DNA of 64,000 nucleotides from an uncultured Anaerolineales bacterium (GTDB lineage Bacteria > Chloroflexota > Anaerolineae > UBA1429): positions 87,437-151,436 of the forward strand of contig CAYOUT010000006.1 of NCBI GenBank assembly GCA_964407215.1, given 5' to 3'. Shown one piece after another: positions 37,391 through 47,496 of the stretch. The position numbers were made by a program, and so were the translations under genes. Below the pieces are notes generated by a model. That model ran no database searches. It was not told the DNA's origin and saw nothing but the letters and a program-made list of their open reading frames with translations. Positions within the stretch are counted from its first letter, which is position 1; every line of letters begins with the position of its first letter.

Positions 37391-38242
37391 ATGGAGAAGC
37401 GCGTGTTGGGCAGGACGGGCGCCGAGTTGTCGGTGGTGGGGTTCGGCGGCATCATCGTGATGGACGTCGAGCCCGAGGAGGCCGCTCGCAACGTGAGCGA
37501 GGCCATCGAGCGCGGTGTGAACTATTTCGATGTGGCGCCCTCTTACGGCAACGCGGAGGAGCGGCTGGGCCCCGCGCTGGAGCCCTATCGGCAGGGGGTG
37601 TTCCTGGCCTGCAAGACGGGCGAGCGCACCAAGGGCGCGGCCAGGGCCGAACTGGAGGGCTCGCTCCAGCGGCTGCGCACCGATTACTTTGATCTGTACC
37701 AGCTTCACGCGGTGACCACCGCGGAGGACGTGGAGACGATCTTTGGGCCCGGCGGCGCGATGGAGGCCCTCCTCGAGGCGAAACGAGAGGGCAAGGTGCG
37801 CTTTCTGGGGTTCTCGGCCCACTCGGAGGAGGCGGCCATCGCGTGCATGAACCGCTACCCGTTCGACAGCATCTTGTTCCCCTTTAACTGGGTGACGTGG
37901 CACGAGGGCGGGTTTGGGCCGCGCGTGCTGGATGCGGCGCAGGCCAAGGGGGCGGGGCGGTTGGCGCTGAAGGCTCTAGCCAAGCGCAAGTGGCGCGAGG
38001 GCGAGGCGCGCCAGTGGAGCAAGACCTGGTATCGCCCGGCTGAGAGCTTTGAGGACGCCGACCTGGGGTTGCGGTTCACCCTGTCGCTGCCGGTGACCGC
38101 GGCGGTGACGCCCGGGCACATCGAGCTGTTCCGTTGGGCGTGCGACAGCGCCGACCGCTACACGCCCCTCACCCCCGAGGAGGTGCAGCGGCTGGCCGAG
38201 TTGTCTCGCGGGCTCGAGCCGATCTTTGAGCACGCCTCGTAG
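37391..38242 (+). CDS. aldo/keto reductase
   Basis: AGGAGGTG SD and ATG (MEKRVLGRTGAELSVVGFG…). AKR motifs (…NYFDVAPSYGNAEERLG…, …GFSAHS…). Confidence 0.85.
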   Translation: MEKRVLGRTGAELSVVGFGGIIVMDVEPEEAARNVSEAIERGVNYFDVAPSYGNAEERLGPALEPYRQGVFLACKTGERTKGAARAELEGSLQRLRTDYFDLYQLHAVTTAEDVETIFGPGGAMEALLEAKREGKVRFLGFSAHSEEAAIACMNRYPFDSILFPFNWVTWHEGGFGPRVLDAAQAKGAGRLALKALAKRKWREGEARQWSKTWYRPAESFEDADLGLRFTLSLPVTAAVTPGHIELFRWACDSADRYTPLTPEEVQRLAELSRGLEPIFEHAS

Positions 38243-38342
38243 GGGCGGGGTCGCTCGGCCTTGCGCCGAGCGAAAGAATGCCGGGGCGGCCTCACAGCGT
38301 GGGGGGTCGCCCCGGTGCTCTCGGCAGCAAAACACACAGCCC

Positions 38343-38370
38343 GTAGAGACGGGGCACACCCCGTCTCTAC
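38343..38370 (-). terminator. stem-loop (12-bp perfect stem GTAGAGACGGGG/CCCCGTCTCTAC), candidate terminator for the SBP gene
   Basis: On the minus strand the hairpin is followed by a moderately U-rich tract (…GGGCUGUGUGUUUUG). Confidence 0.3.
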
Positions 38371-38386
38371 CTTGCACAAATCCAGC

Positions 38387-40057
38387 CTAGACTTCGGGCT
38401 GGCAATCCCACTGGGTGAGGTCCCAGTTGCCGTCCTCACTGTACTGGATGGCGTCCTCGCGTATGTCCTCGGGCGCCGCGTCGTGGGTGACGGCGGTCAT
38501 GTTGGCCATGGTCTGTTCCAGCGTCTGCTCGCCTATGAAGTACAGGTCGTTCTCGCGGTAGAGGAAGTCGCGGTACTTGCCCCCCATGCCGAACAGCCAG
38601 GTGATAGGGGGTATCGGCAGGCCGCCGCCGGGCAGGCGCGACTCGCCCACGAACAGATTGGCGATCTCGGGCAGGGCGCGCGCCTTCTTGACGGACGGGA
38701 TGAACGAAGGCACCTCGTTGACGACGAGCTCGTCGTGTTCGGGCGTGGTGAGGAACATGAGCCAGTCCACGCACTCGTCCACGTTGCCGCGCTGGAGGCA
38801 CATGCGGTTCAGGCCGAAAGCGATGGAGCCGTAGCCGCCGACGCCGACGGGCAGCAGCGGGGGATCCTTGGCGAACTCGGAGGTCTCTTGGGTGACGGGA
38901 GGCAGCCAGAACGACGAGAACTCAAAGTCGCGCCGGTCGTCGTCGCGCAGCGGGCCGTACTGCCAGGTGCCCTCCCACAGCATGGCCACTTGACCGGTGG
39001 CGAACGCCTGGTAGGCGGCGGCGCCGTCTCTCAGCGTCCAGTCCGTCGGGAAGTACTGCGCCCACTCCTTCTGGATGCGGTACATATCCTGGACCTCGGG
39101 CTGCTCGAACAGGAACCAGTCGTAGCACCAATACTGGTGGGCCGTCTCCTCCAGGCTGACATAGCCCTCCTGCTTCCACAGGGGCACCGTCTCGTGGTAG
39201 TTGAGCGTGTCCATAAAGTCGAGCCAGTTCCAGCAGAGCTCGTTCCCCAGGACGCGCCAGATCCAGTCGTGGCCCGTGCTGCTGGGGCTAAAGGGCACGA
39301 CGCCCGCGTCCTGCAGCATCTGGTGCCACTCCATGAAGGTGACCCAATCGGGGGGTGAACCCAGCTCGGGGTCGATGCCCGCCTCCAGGTCGATGCCCGC
39401 TTTCTCAAAGAGGTCTACGTTGACATAGACGCCGGTAGAAACCAGGTCCATCGGCACGCCGCCATAGTTCCCCTTGGAGCTAAAGCTCTCGATGAAGGGA
39501 TCGAGAAAGTGCTCCTTCCAAGGGGCGGGATCGTCCGGGATGTACTTGTTGGGCATCTCCAGGTAGTCGTTGAGGGGTACGCACTTGCCCTCATCGACGA
39601 AATCGTGCAGGCTGCTCAGCCACAGCCAGAAGACGTCCGGCCCCGTGCCGCCGATGAGCTGCGTCTGCAGCCAATCCACATAGTCGCCGGTGGGGGCGCC
39701 GATGAACTTCATGGTGACGCCGGGGTGGAGATCGTTCCACTCCTCCGCCAGGTCGTCCAGCGCGCGGCGCTTGGGGGCGTTGGGGTCGGGGTTGGTGTCG
39801 GCGGAGAGGGGCGTGTAAACCTGAGCATAGTGCTCGATGACGCCCTGGAAGCCCACGGGCTTGGCCTCCTCGGTCGGCTCCTCGACGGGCTCTGTCGGTT
39901 CGGCCTCTGCCTCGGGCGGCGCCTCACCCTCGGTCTCTGTCGGGGCCGTTGGGGCGGGGGGCTGGGCCGGTTGGCAGGCCGCTGCGATAGTGGCTAACGC
40001 TGCAACGCCGGAGAAACGCAAAAAGTCACGTCGCTTGAGTCGCAAGTCGTCTCGCAT
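38387..40057 (-). CDS. extracellular solute-binding protein (family 1, sugar ABC transporter) with Tat/lipoprotein signal
   Basis: MRDDLRLKRRDFLRFSGVAALATIAAAC (twin-arginine motif plus lipobox), Glu/Pro-rich linker, then an SBP family 1 fold. AAGGAG SD. No adjacent permease genes (orphan SBP). Confidence 0.85.
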   Translation of the reverse strand: MRDDLRLKRRDFLRFSGVAALATIAAACQPAQPPAPTAPTETEGEAPPEAEAEPTEPVEEPTEEAKPVGFQGVIEHYAQVYTPLSADTNPDPNAPKRRALDDLAEEWNDLHPGVTMKFIGAPTGDYVDWLQTQLIGGTGPDVFWLWLSSLHDFVDEGKCVPLNDYLEMPNKYIPDDPAPWKEHFLDPFIESFSSKGNYGGVPMDLVSTGVYVNVDLFEKAGIDLEAGIDPELGSPPDWVTFMEWHQMLQDAGVVPFSPSSTGHDWIWRVLGNELCWNWLDFMDTLNYHETVPLWKQEGYVSLEETAHQYWCYDWFLFEQPEVQDMYRIQKEWAQYFPTDWTLRDGAAAYQAFATGQVAMLWEGTWQYGPLRDDDRRDFEFSSFWLPPVTQETSEFAKDPPLLPVGVGGYGSIAFGLNRMCLQRGNVDECVDWLMFLTTPEHDELVVNEVPSFIPSVKKARALPEIANLFVGESRLPGGGLPIPPITWLFGMGGKYRDFLYRENDLYFIGEQTLEQTMANMTAVTHDAAPEDIREDAIQYSEDGNWDLTQWDCQPEV

Positions 40058-40218
40058 GTTCGATCTCCTTGTACAGAGTGGGGACGATTGCGCGCCCTAC
40101 CGCGAACGACCTCCTTTCACAGTGCGCCGGAACATATGGGGCGCAAGCAACGGTCCGGTGTGAGCAGCGCGGGCCTGCGAGCGGGCAGCCACAGTGCGGT
40201 GCAAAGCCCGAACGTACA

Positions 40219-40251
40219 AAGCAGGCGCACAAAAGCTCGTCGTGCGCCTGC
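40219..40251 (-). terminator. stem-loop (11-bp perfect stem AGCAGGCGCAC…GTGCGCCTGCT), candidate terminator of the MBL/MOSC operon
   Basis: Lies 230 nt downstream of the MBL gene stop on the minus strand. The U tract is weak. Confidence 0.3.
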
Positions 40252-40479
40252 TCTCATAGTTCGTAGCTCCTCTCTGATGCCAACCAAGAATCAGACAGTG
40301 CTCATACGGGACGCAGACTAGTTCGTGGTCCCATTATAGCGAATGGGTTATGGGGTGTCAAGGGATCGTGCTCGCGCGGCGCCGTTGCCCTTTGGCTGGG
40401 CAGGGGCGTTTGCGAGGGTTGGGTGCCCTACGCATATGGCGGTGCGTGTGCGGGCCCGCGGCCCGCAGCGGGCGCTCTC

Positions 40480-41298
40480 TCAGAACTCGACCACCGTGCC
40501 AGCGGGGCAGGGCGAGACCCGCGCCCCCATGGCCCGCGCCAGGCGTATCAGGGCCCGTTGGCCGGTGCAGTGGTTGAGGTATAGCGCCGCAGAGCCCTCC
40601 ATCAGCGTGCTGATCACATGCCCCAGGTGTGTTTCGTCCGCGGAGACGAGGTGTGCCCCCCCAAGCACCGCCGCCGGGTCGCGCCCGAAGGTGTTGCGCA
40701 CGTGCAGGAGCGTGTTCAGCAGGCCGGCGTGGCAGCAGCCACACACCAGCACCGGGCCGACGGCGGTCTCTAGCACCAGGCTCATATCGTCCTGGTAAGA
40801 GTCGGGGCTCCAACCGCGCCCCGAGCGCATATAGTGGCGCGGGCTGCGCCCCTCCGGCTCGGGCCGCTCGCGAATCTCGCCGGTGGTCCAGACGCCGGGG
40901 ATGATCTCTTGCGGCTCGGCGCTCAAGTGGAGGTCGGTCCATTGGTGCAGCAAGCTGGGCGAAAAAGGCAGGCCGATGGAGCGCATCTCGTCGCCGTTTT
41001 GTGCGAACCGCTCGCGCAGCAAAGTGGGGTGAGCGTAGATGGGCAGCCCCGGGCGGCGCTCGAGGAGGGCCTGTACGCCGCCGGTGTGGTCGTAATGGCC
41101 GTGGCTCAGCACCAAGGCGCTGATGCTGCGCGGCGCGATGCTCACCGCCTCCATGTTGTGCAGCAGCACCGTGCCGCTGGCGCCGGTATCCAGCAAAAGG
41201 CGCGCGCTGCCGGTGTCGATGAGGAATGAGAGGCCGTGTTCGCCCCACAGCGGCGAGCTCTGGCCCACAGCGTTATCCACCAGGCACGTGGCTTTCAT
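40480..41298 (-). CDS. MBL-fold metallo-hydrolase
   Basis: HGHYDHTGG (HxHxDH) metal-binding motif. 272 aa. Confidence 0.85.
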   Translation of the reverse strand: MKATCLVDNAVGQSSPLWGEHGLSFLIDTGSARLLLDTGASGTVLLHNMEAVSIAPRSISALVLSHGHYDHTGGVQALLERRPGLPIYAHPTLLRERFAQNGDEMRSIGLPFSPSLLHQWTDLHLSAEPQEIIPGVWTTGEIRERPEPEGRSPRHYMRSGRGWSPDSYQDDMSLVLETAVGPVLVCGCCHAGLLNTLLHVRNTFGRDPAAVLGGAHLVSADETHLGHVISTLMEGSAALYLNHCTGQRALIRLARAMGARVSPCPAGTVVEF

Positions 41299-41732
41299 TC
41301 CGCCTCCAGCCTCTCAATAGCGTCGCCCTGGGCTATGCGGCCGCCCCGCACAACGCGGCAAAAGACCCCCTCGCGCGGCAACACCGATACGCCCTGAAAG
41401 TTATAAGTGTGGGCTGCGCTGACGGGCTTGCCCAGCTGCACCACTTCAAGCTCCGCCTCCCCCGCGCGGAGGCGGTCGCCCACGCGCAGAGCGAGGAGGT
41501 CGATCCCCTGCACGGTGAGGTTCTCGGCAAAGGAGCCGGGGATTGCGGTGATGCCGTGCTCTCGGTTCGCGCGCTCGATGCTCTCGAGCGCCAACAGGCT
41601 GATCTCTCGCTCCGATTGGCCCGCGTGTGAATCGCCCTCGAGCCCATAGCCCGCGCGCAGCACGCCCGAGCCGATGCTCACCTTGGGCAACGCGCGCTCC
41701 TGGCTCGCACACACCGCCACCACCTTTGCCAT
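41295..41732 (-). CDS. MOSC-domain protein (YiiM-like)
   Basis: AAGGAGG SD. MOSC beta-barrel pattern (…VSIGSGVLRAGYGLEGDSHAG…). Its stop overlaps the MBL gene ATG (ATGA). Confidence 0.8.
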   Translation of the reverse strand: MAKVVAVCASQERALPKVSIGSGVLRAGYGLEGDSHAGQSEREISLLALESIERANREHGITAIPGSFAENLTVQGIDLLALRVGDRLRAGEAELEVVQLGKPVSAAHTYNFQGVSVLPREGVFCRVVRGGRIAQGDAIERLEAE

Positions 41733-41915
41733 GCATCCTCCTTACTACGGCCCCCGCACGAGTGTGAATCTATGAGGCACACCCCGGGACGCGTGCCACG
41801 GGTACAGCAGATGTCGGCAGGGGCGGGCCGCCCGCGGCGGCGTGGCTGTGTGCCCCTACCGACTCTTGCAAGTGGGCGCGCCCTCTCGCGATGTGGCAGC
41901 GCCCGCACAAACCGC

Positions 41916-42260
41916 TTAGCTCTTTAACGACCCCACCGTGGGTTCAGAGCCCGCACCCTCGTGGCCCTCGGAGAGCATCTCGTCCACCTCGGCCCGGCCC
42001 TCGGCGATCCAGCGAGCCTCGTCGCCGGTGAGGATCTCCAGCAGCCGCTCGAACTCGCCGATGTGCACGCGCTCTTCGTTGGCGATGTCTATCAGCACGC
42101 GCTTGGCCAGGGGGTGGTCGATAGCGTCGGCGTGAGACATGTAGAGGTGCACCGCTTCGTGCTCGGCGGCGATGTTCAGCCGGATGGCACGAATCAACTC
42201 CTCTTTGGAAAGCTTGCGATCAGGCACTTTGCCACTGAACGGGTTTACAAACTCGGGCAT
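41916..42260 (-). CDS. ferritin-like/rubrerythrin-family small protein
   Basis: AAAGGAG SD. Paired E..H-type helices (…IAAEHEAVHLY…, …IANEERVHIGEFERL…). Confidence 0.65.
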   Translation of the reverse strand: MPEFVNPFSGKVPDRKLSKEELIRAIRLNIAAEHEAVHLYMSHADAIDHPLAKRVLIDIANEERVHIGEFERLLEILTGDEARWIAEGRAEVDEMLSEGHEGAGSEPTVGSLKS

Positions 42261-42609
42261 AGCTCGCTCCTTTCACTTTGGGGCAGCGCTTCCCACGGCG
42301 GGCCCGCGCTGCGACGTCGCTTTGCGCGCAGTATAGCCGCGCACAACTGTTGTATACCCCATGATGGGGGTTTGCGTCAAACGCACGCGCTGCGCCCTTG
42401 ACGAGCAGCGCAATGGACGATAGGATGAGCTTGGAAGCGCCGACTCTATCCCCGCTGTGCTGTTACGCGCGCGAGAGGAGGTGATGCCGAGTTCATAACG
42501 ACCGGATCGCACTCCGTTTGATGTGCTGTCTATGCGCCTACAGGTGGCCTTTTCCCCTCTCCCCCACATCGCGGCTTCAGTGGATCACCGGCCACGGAAA
42601 GGAGCCAGC

Positions 42610-43647
42610 ATGAACGCGAGATCTGTCGCCGACCGCGTGGGGGCAACCCACGCCCACGGTTGCTATCACTTTAGCGACGAGCACTTTCTCATGGAGGGGG
42701 CGCGCGCCCTGATCGAGATGGGGACTCGGGTCATCAAGGTGTTCGCCGATCCAGATCTGTATCCGTTCAACAGCCGTTGGCCCGACGACACCCCCACACT
42801 GCTGAGTGTGCTGCAGACGGACCACTTTCGCGAGCTTTTCGATCAGCCCTTTACCACCTTTCTCGTAGAGGCCTTTGCCCGAGGGGTGCCGGCGGCGTCG
42901 GCCGTCAGGCCCCACGAGCAGCGAGAGACGGAGGGCCAATTCTACGACGCCACCCTCTGGCTGTTGGAGGCCTACGCCGGCAGCGGCAAGACTTTTGTGC
43001 TACAAAACTGGGAGGGCGACTGGGCCATGAAGCCCCGGCTCGAGTACGAGCTCGAGACCCCCCCAGAGGCCGCGCGGGCTATGGTGGCCACACTCAACGC
43101 CAGGCAGGCGGGGGTGGATCGCGCTCGCAGAGACGTTGGCGCCACGGGTGCGCAGGTGTATCACGCCGCCGAGGTGAACCACGTGGCGCGGGCCATCGAG
43201 GGGCATTGCACCATGTGTAACGATGTGCTGCCGCACACGCATTGCGACCTCTACTCGTACTCTGCTTGGGATACGAGCAACGACCGCGATGCGTTTCGCG
43301 ACGCCGTAGAGTACCTGCGCTCCAAGGCGCCGCCCAGTGAGGCGTTCGGCACCGACAACGTCTATATCGGCGAGTTCGGCTGCCCCGAGAACGAGTTCGG
43401 CGCCGAGACGCAGCTGAGGGTCACTCGCGATGTGGTGGAGGTGTCGCTGGAGCTGGGCCTGCCCTACGTAGTGTATTGGGAGCTCTATTGCAACGAGCCC
43501 AGGGGCGAGGGCGGCGGGGCGCCCGGACGCGGCTCGCGCGTCCCCAACCCCACCAACGCGGATCAGCGGGGCTTTTGGCTCATCCGCGCCGACGGCAGCC
43601 TGACGCCCACCTGCGACTATTTGCGCGCGCTGTTGGCCTCGGCCTGA
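42610..43647 (+). CDS. hypothetical protein, clan GH-A-like (beta/alpha)8 glycoside hydrolase candidate
   Basis: GAAAGGAG SD and ATG (MNARSVADRV). …VLQNWEGDW… and …YIGEFGCPENE… resemble the acid/base and nucleophile strands of clan GH-A. No signal peptide. Confidence 0.55.
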   Translation: MNARSVADRVGATHAHGCYHFSDEHFLMEGARALIEMGTRVIKVFADPDLYPFNSRWPDDTPTLLSVLQTDHFRELFDQPFTTFLVEAFARGVPAASAVRPHEQRETEGQFYDATLWLLEAYAGSGKTFVLQNWEGDWAMKPRLEYELETPPEAARAMVATLNARQAGVDRARRDVGATGAQVYHAAEVNHVARAIEGHCTMCNDVLPHTHCDLYSYSAWDTSNDRDAFRDAVEYLRSKAPPSEAFGTDNVYIGEFGCPENEFGAETQLRVTRDVVEVSLELGLPYVVYWELYCNEPRGEGGGAPGRGSRVPNPTNADQRGFWLIRADGSLTPTCDYLRALLASA

Positions 43648-43789
43648 CGCTTTGCGGGCTGCTGTCGCAGCGGGGCAGGCCGGGGGGGAAATCCCCTGGC
43701 CCAATCCGCACGGCGTGGCGGCAGGCGCTCGGCAACCCCCCGGGCGCTTTAACGCCCGGCTCGTGGCGCGGCAGCGGGCTAGCCGTTGC

Positions 43790-44911
43790 TTACCACGCCC
43801 GCGAGTCGGGCACGTCGAGCCAGCGGCCGCCCTCCAGGATCGAGCGCTGGCTTACGAGGCCGGGCAGCGTCATGTCCATCGCCTCGTGGATCCCCACCAT
43901 AGGCGGATGCTCGCCTCGCAGAGCCTCGCAAAAGTCGAGCAGCTCGAACAGGTCGCCGCCGCCGTGCCCCACGCGCTCGGCCAACGCCGCGCCCTCTCGC
44001 CAAAAGCTTGGCAGATGCTCCTCAAAGTCGAACAGGTCGCGCCAGGCGTTGGGGTCGTCAGAGTGGGCGCGCAACCACACGCGGTGCCGTTCGCCGGCGG
44101 TACGGGCCGACTCGTAACAGCCGTCGGTGCCCTGCAGGCAGTGGTTGTGCATGGCGTGGGGCCGGTCCGACAGCATATCCACTCGGATCTTGGCCAGGCC
44201 GCCGCTTTGCATCTTGCAGAGCATGACACACGAGTCCTCGTTCTCGTACAAGTCGCCGCGCGGGTCGCGATAGTGGTGGCCGCTGCCGGCGCAACAGACC
44301 GATACCACGCGCTCACCGGGCATCCACTGCAGGATGGGCCCCAGGCTGTGAGTGCCGTAGGTTACCCCGTTAATGCCCGTCTGCCATTTGCGGCGCCAGG
44401 GCGTGATCTCGTTGAGCTCTTTGAGCTCGTGGATATACTCGCCCTCTGCATAATAGGGCGTGCCGAACAGCCCCTGGCGCGAGAGCTCGCGCACCAGCAT
44501 GTTGGGACGGGTAAAGATATAGTTCTCGGCCATGGCGTAGAGGGCGCCGGTCTCGCGGGTGGCGATTACCAGCTCGCGGCACTCTTCGATGGTGACGCCG
44601 GCGGGCACTTCGCTGAGCACCGCCACCCCCTGGCGCAACGCGTCGAGGGCCTGCGGCACGTGCAGCGGCATCGGTGTGCCGATGAGCACCGCGTCCAGGT
44701 CCGAGCGTGCCAGCATGTCGTGGTAATCGGCGTAGGCCTCGTCGGCCCCCAAGCGCGCGCGCACATCGTCTAACGACTCGGCGTTGGGATCGGGCAGATC
44801 ACAAATGGCGCGCACGCGCACACCCTCCAACGCCTCAAAGACCTGCCTGAAGGAGCCGCCGCGCCCTCGCGCGCCGACGATGCCAATGTGTAGCGGTTCT
44901 CGGGTCGCCAT
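43790..44911 (-). CDS. Gfo/Idh/MocA family oxidoreductase
   Basis: MATREPLHIGIVGARGRGGSF (Rossmann) plus a C-terminal dimerisation domain. Starts 3 nt after the upstream URO-D-like gene stop. Confidence 0.85.
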   Translation of the reverse strand: MATREPLHIGIVGARGRGGSFRQVFEALEGVRVRAICDLPDPNAESLDDVRARLGADEAYADYHDMLARSDLDAVLIGTPMPLHVPQALDALRQGVAVLSEVPAGVTIEECRELVIATRETGALYAMAENYIFTRPNMLVRELSRQGLFGTPYYAEGEYIHELKELNEITPWRRKWQTGINGVTYGTHSLGPILQWMPGERVVSVCCAGSGHHYRDPRGDLYENEDSCVMLCKMQSGGLAKIRVDMLSDRPHAMHNHCLQGTDGCYESARTAGERHRVWLRAHSDDPNAWRDLFDFEEHLPSFWREGAALAERVGHGGGDLFELLDFCEALRGEHPPMVGIHEAMDMTLPGLVSQRSILEGGRWLDVPDSRAW

Positions 44912-44914
44912 GGG

Positions 44915-46063
44915 TTAGCCCTTTCCGTACGCCCCCATCCGACGCGCGGCACGGAACATCGTCAGCACGTTGGCGGGGGGGACGTCGCTTTGAATGTTGT
45001 GGGCGGCCGAAAAGATGTACCCTCCGCCGGGCTTCATGGCGTCCATCACGCGGCGCACCTCGGCCTCGATGGTTTCTCGGGTGCCAAAGGGCAGAACGTT
45101 CTGCGTATCGAACCCGCCGTGAAAGACAACCCGGTCGCCGTAGGCGGCTTTGAGCGCATCGGGCTCCATGTGCGCCGCGCCGGGCTGCACGGGGTTCAGG
45201 ATCTCCACACCGGCCGCGATGAGATCCGGCAGCAGGGCGTAGACGGAACCGCAGGTGTGGTGCCAATAGTGTGCGGCGGTGAACTCGCGGGTGTAGGCGA
45301 TCCGCTCGGCGAAATAGGGCAGCACCAGCTCGCGGAAGGCCTTGGGCGCCATAAATGGCCCCGTCTGTGTGCCGAAATCGTCGCCGCTGGTGGTGAGGTG
45401 GGCGAACTCGCCCACAGCTTGGTAGTAGGGGCGGATGAACTCTTTTTGCAGCGCCAGCAGTTTGCCGAAAAGCTTGTGCACAAAGGGTCGATCGGCCGCC
45501 AAGCGCCAGAGGATGTCCTCAAAGCCGCACATCCAGCAGGCCAGCTCGAACACGCCATAGACGGGATGCTCGGCCACCACCACATAGTCGGTCTCCTCCC
45601 ACAAGCGGCGAGCCTCGGAGCGGTAGGTCTCGAGAAGGGGCTCCAGGTTCAGCCGAGCGGGGTCGGGCCAGGGGAAGGAGTCGAGGTCGCCCAAGGTGGC
45701 ACCGCGCAGCGGCGAGTAGACGATATCCCAGTATTCGCCCGTCCAACGGCGCACCACACCCCAGATGTCCACACGGTGATCGGCCTGTAGCGGCGCCTCG
45801 GGTGCGTCTACGCCGCCCACCAGGTTGCCCACGCGGCGGAAATCCACCTCCAGCGCCTGCAACACGGGCTCGCTCAGGTGGCCGCCGGAGATGGCCGGCG
45901 CCTCGAGGCCCAGGATGCGCGCCAGCCCCGTGGCCACCTCTGGGGCGACGCTGGTGAGCGAGGTGCCGTCGAGATCCAGCGGCACGCGGTCGGCCTCCTG
46001 GTGGGCCATGATGCGGGCGAACCGCTCGCGCGGGGTGTACGTGTCGGCGCTCTGGCAAGACAT
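44915..46063 (-). CDS. uroporphyrinogen decarboxylase (URO-D)-like / MtaA-CmuA-family protein
   Basis: Start MSCQSADTYTPRERFARIMAHQEADRVPLDL with a CAGGAGG SD. URO-D fold signatures through to …HHTCGSVYALLPDLIAAGVEILNPVQP…. Confidence 0.8.
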   Translation of the reverse strand: MSCQSADTYTPRERFARIMAHQEADRVPLDLDGTSLTSVAPEVATGLARILGLEAPAISGGHLSEPVLQALEVDFRRVGNLVGGVDAPEAPLQADHRVDIWGVVRRWTGEYWDIVYSPLRGATLGDLDSFPWPDPARLNLEPLLETYRSEARRLWEETDYVVVAEHPVYGVFELACWMCGFEDILWRLAADRPFVHKLFGKLLALQKEFIRPYYQAVGEFAHLTTSGDDFGTQTGPFMAPKAFRELVLPYFAERIAYTREFTAAHYWHHTCGSVYALLPDLIAAGVEILNPVQPGAAHMEPDALKAAYGDRVVFHGGFDTQNVLPFGTRETIEAEVRRVMDAMKPGGGYIFSAAHNIQSDVPPANVLTMFRAARRMGAYGKG

Positions 46064-46208
46064 GCGAACCTCCTGGGCGGGTGTTGGGGGCAAGATAGCG
46101 CAGGGCGGCGCAACATGCAAGGCGGGGCGCGGGGCGGCATGGGCCGGGCAAAGTCCCCGGCCGGTTTACGGGATGCTCGCCGCCACGCCGCGCTCCGCCG
46201 CAGGGGGG

Positions 46209-46781
46209 CTAGGTATCCAAGATGACGTCGGCCAGGGCGTGCTTGGGCACGTGGTGCACCCCTTGGTCGTCTCGGTAGTACAGGGTGTCGGCGTCGGGCC
46301 CCACGTCCTCCAACACCACCGTCTCGTTGGGCGTGCCGAGGGCCACCGCCAGGATGATGTCGTAGCGTTCGGGGATGCGCAGCACTTTGCGCAGGGCGTC
46401 GCGGTCGATAGAGCCCAGCATGCAGCCCCCGAGGCCGCGTTCGGCAGCGCCCAGCAGAATCGTCTGCGCGGCGATCCCGTGGTCGCAGCCGGGGTTATCG
46501 GTGATCTCGCGGTCCGACAGGATGATGATATAGCCGGAGGGCCGCTCGCCCTCGGCGGGGCCGCCCCAATCCTTGAGGTCGAGCGCCCAGGCCAGGCAGG
46601 CAAAGATGCGCTCGTTGGTCTCCCGCTCGCTCGAGACGATGTACCTCAACGGCTGGCGGTTCCTGGCCGACGCCGTAACGCGCGCCAGGTCCACCAACTC
46701 TACCAATGTCTTGCGGTCCAGCGGGGCGGCTTCGTAGAACCGGCGGTAGCTGCGGTTCTTGAGCACCAGATCTCGTAACAT
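46209..46781 (-). CDS. nitroreductase family protein
   Basis: GGAGG SD. …RSYRRFYEAAPLDRKTLVELVDLARVTASARNRQPLRYIVV…. Confidence 0.8.
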   Translation of the reverse strand: MLRDLVLKNRSYRRFYEAAPLDRKTLVELVDLARVTASARNRQPLRYIVSSERETNERIFACLAWALDLKDWGGPAEGERPSGYIIILSDREITDNPGCDHGIAAQTILLGAAERGLGGCMLGSIDRDALRKVLRIPERYDIILAVALGTPNETVVLEDVGPDADTLYYRDDQGVHHVPKHALADVILDT

Positions 46782-46882
46782 AAACTATCCTCCTGATGGT
46801 TTCCGGCGGGCCGTATGGCGAGCCGCTGTGCCGCCACAGTTGGCACGAACGCGCCCCAGTGTAGACGATACCGCGCGCGGGC

Positions 46883-47431
46883 TCAACCGGAATCGGCCCG
46901 GCGCCACTCGTCCTCGAGGATGGACATCATTACATCGCTCTGCCATCGGCCCGCGACGAGGGCGCCGTCGCGTTCGACGCCCTCCACCACAAAGCCGCAT
47001 TTGCGATAGCAGGCCACGGCGCGGTGGTTGATGTCGAGCACGCGCAGATCCACTCGGTGCAGGCCCAGGCTCGTAAAGGCATAGCGCAACACCAGGCGAG
47101 TGGCTTCGGTGCCCAAGCCCAGGTTCCAGGTCGAGGGATCGTGTATGCCGATGGCGTAGCGCGCGCGCCGATCCGCCGGCTGCTCGCGCAGGCGCGCCAC
47201 ACCGATGCAACGCCCGTCCACCTCCAACACCCAGGCCAGCGGCTCGGCGCACAGGTCGCTGTACCATTGTTCGGCCACGGCGCGTGTCAGGGGCGGGGTG
47301 TGGTGCGGATCGCCCCCGCACATGAGGATGAACTCGGCGTCGCGGCCGTAGCGCAGGCGATCGTTCACGTCCTCGGGGCGCGGCGGGCGCAGGGTTACGC
47401 GCTCTCCATACAAAACGGGCACATGGTCCAA
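46883..47431 (-). CDS. GNAT family N-acetyltransferase (RimJ/RimL-like); TTG start
   Basis: …LRYAFTSLGLHRVDLRVLDINHRAVACYRKCGFVVEG… (acetyl-CoA-binding motif A). First codon is TTG, with AAAGGAG 10 nt upstream. Confidence 0.8.
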   Translation of the reverse strand: MDHVPVLYGERVTLRPPRPEDVNDRLRYGRDAEFILMCGGDPHHTPPLTRAVAEQWYSDLCAEPLAWVLEVDGRCIGVARLREQPADRRARYAIGIHDPSTWNLGLGTEATRLVLRYAFTSLGLHRVDLRVLDINHRAVACYRKCGFVVEGVERDGALVAGRWQSDVMMSILEDEWRRADSG

Positions 47432-47496
47432 TACGGTGTGCTCCTTTGGCGTGGGTGAGGCCGGCCGGCCTCAGTGGGTGTTGTGGCCGCGCGGCG

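Noticed and set aside
40358-41248. 296-aa minus ORF overlapping the MBL-fold gene in another frame
   Set aside because: The 40480..41298 frame carries the HxHxDH metallo-hydrolase motif and couples to the MOSC gene. The alternative frame is R/P/A-rich.
42456-42505. GAGGAGGTG ATG CCG AGT TCA TAA mini-ORF in the 5' UTR of the 42610 gene
   Set aside because: Only 4 codons. Probably a fortuitous SD-like stretch within a long leader downstream of the putative TTGACG-N17-TAGGAT promoter at ~42398-42427.
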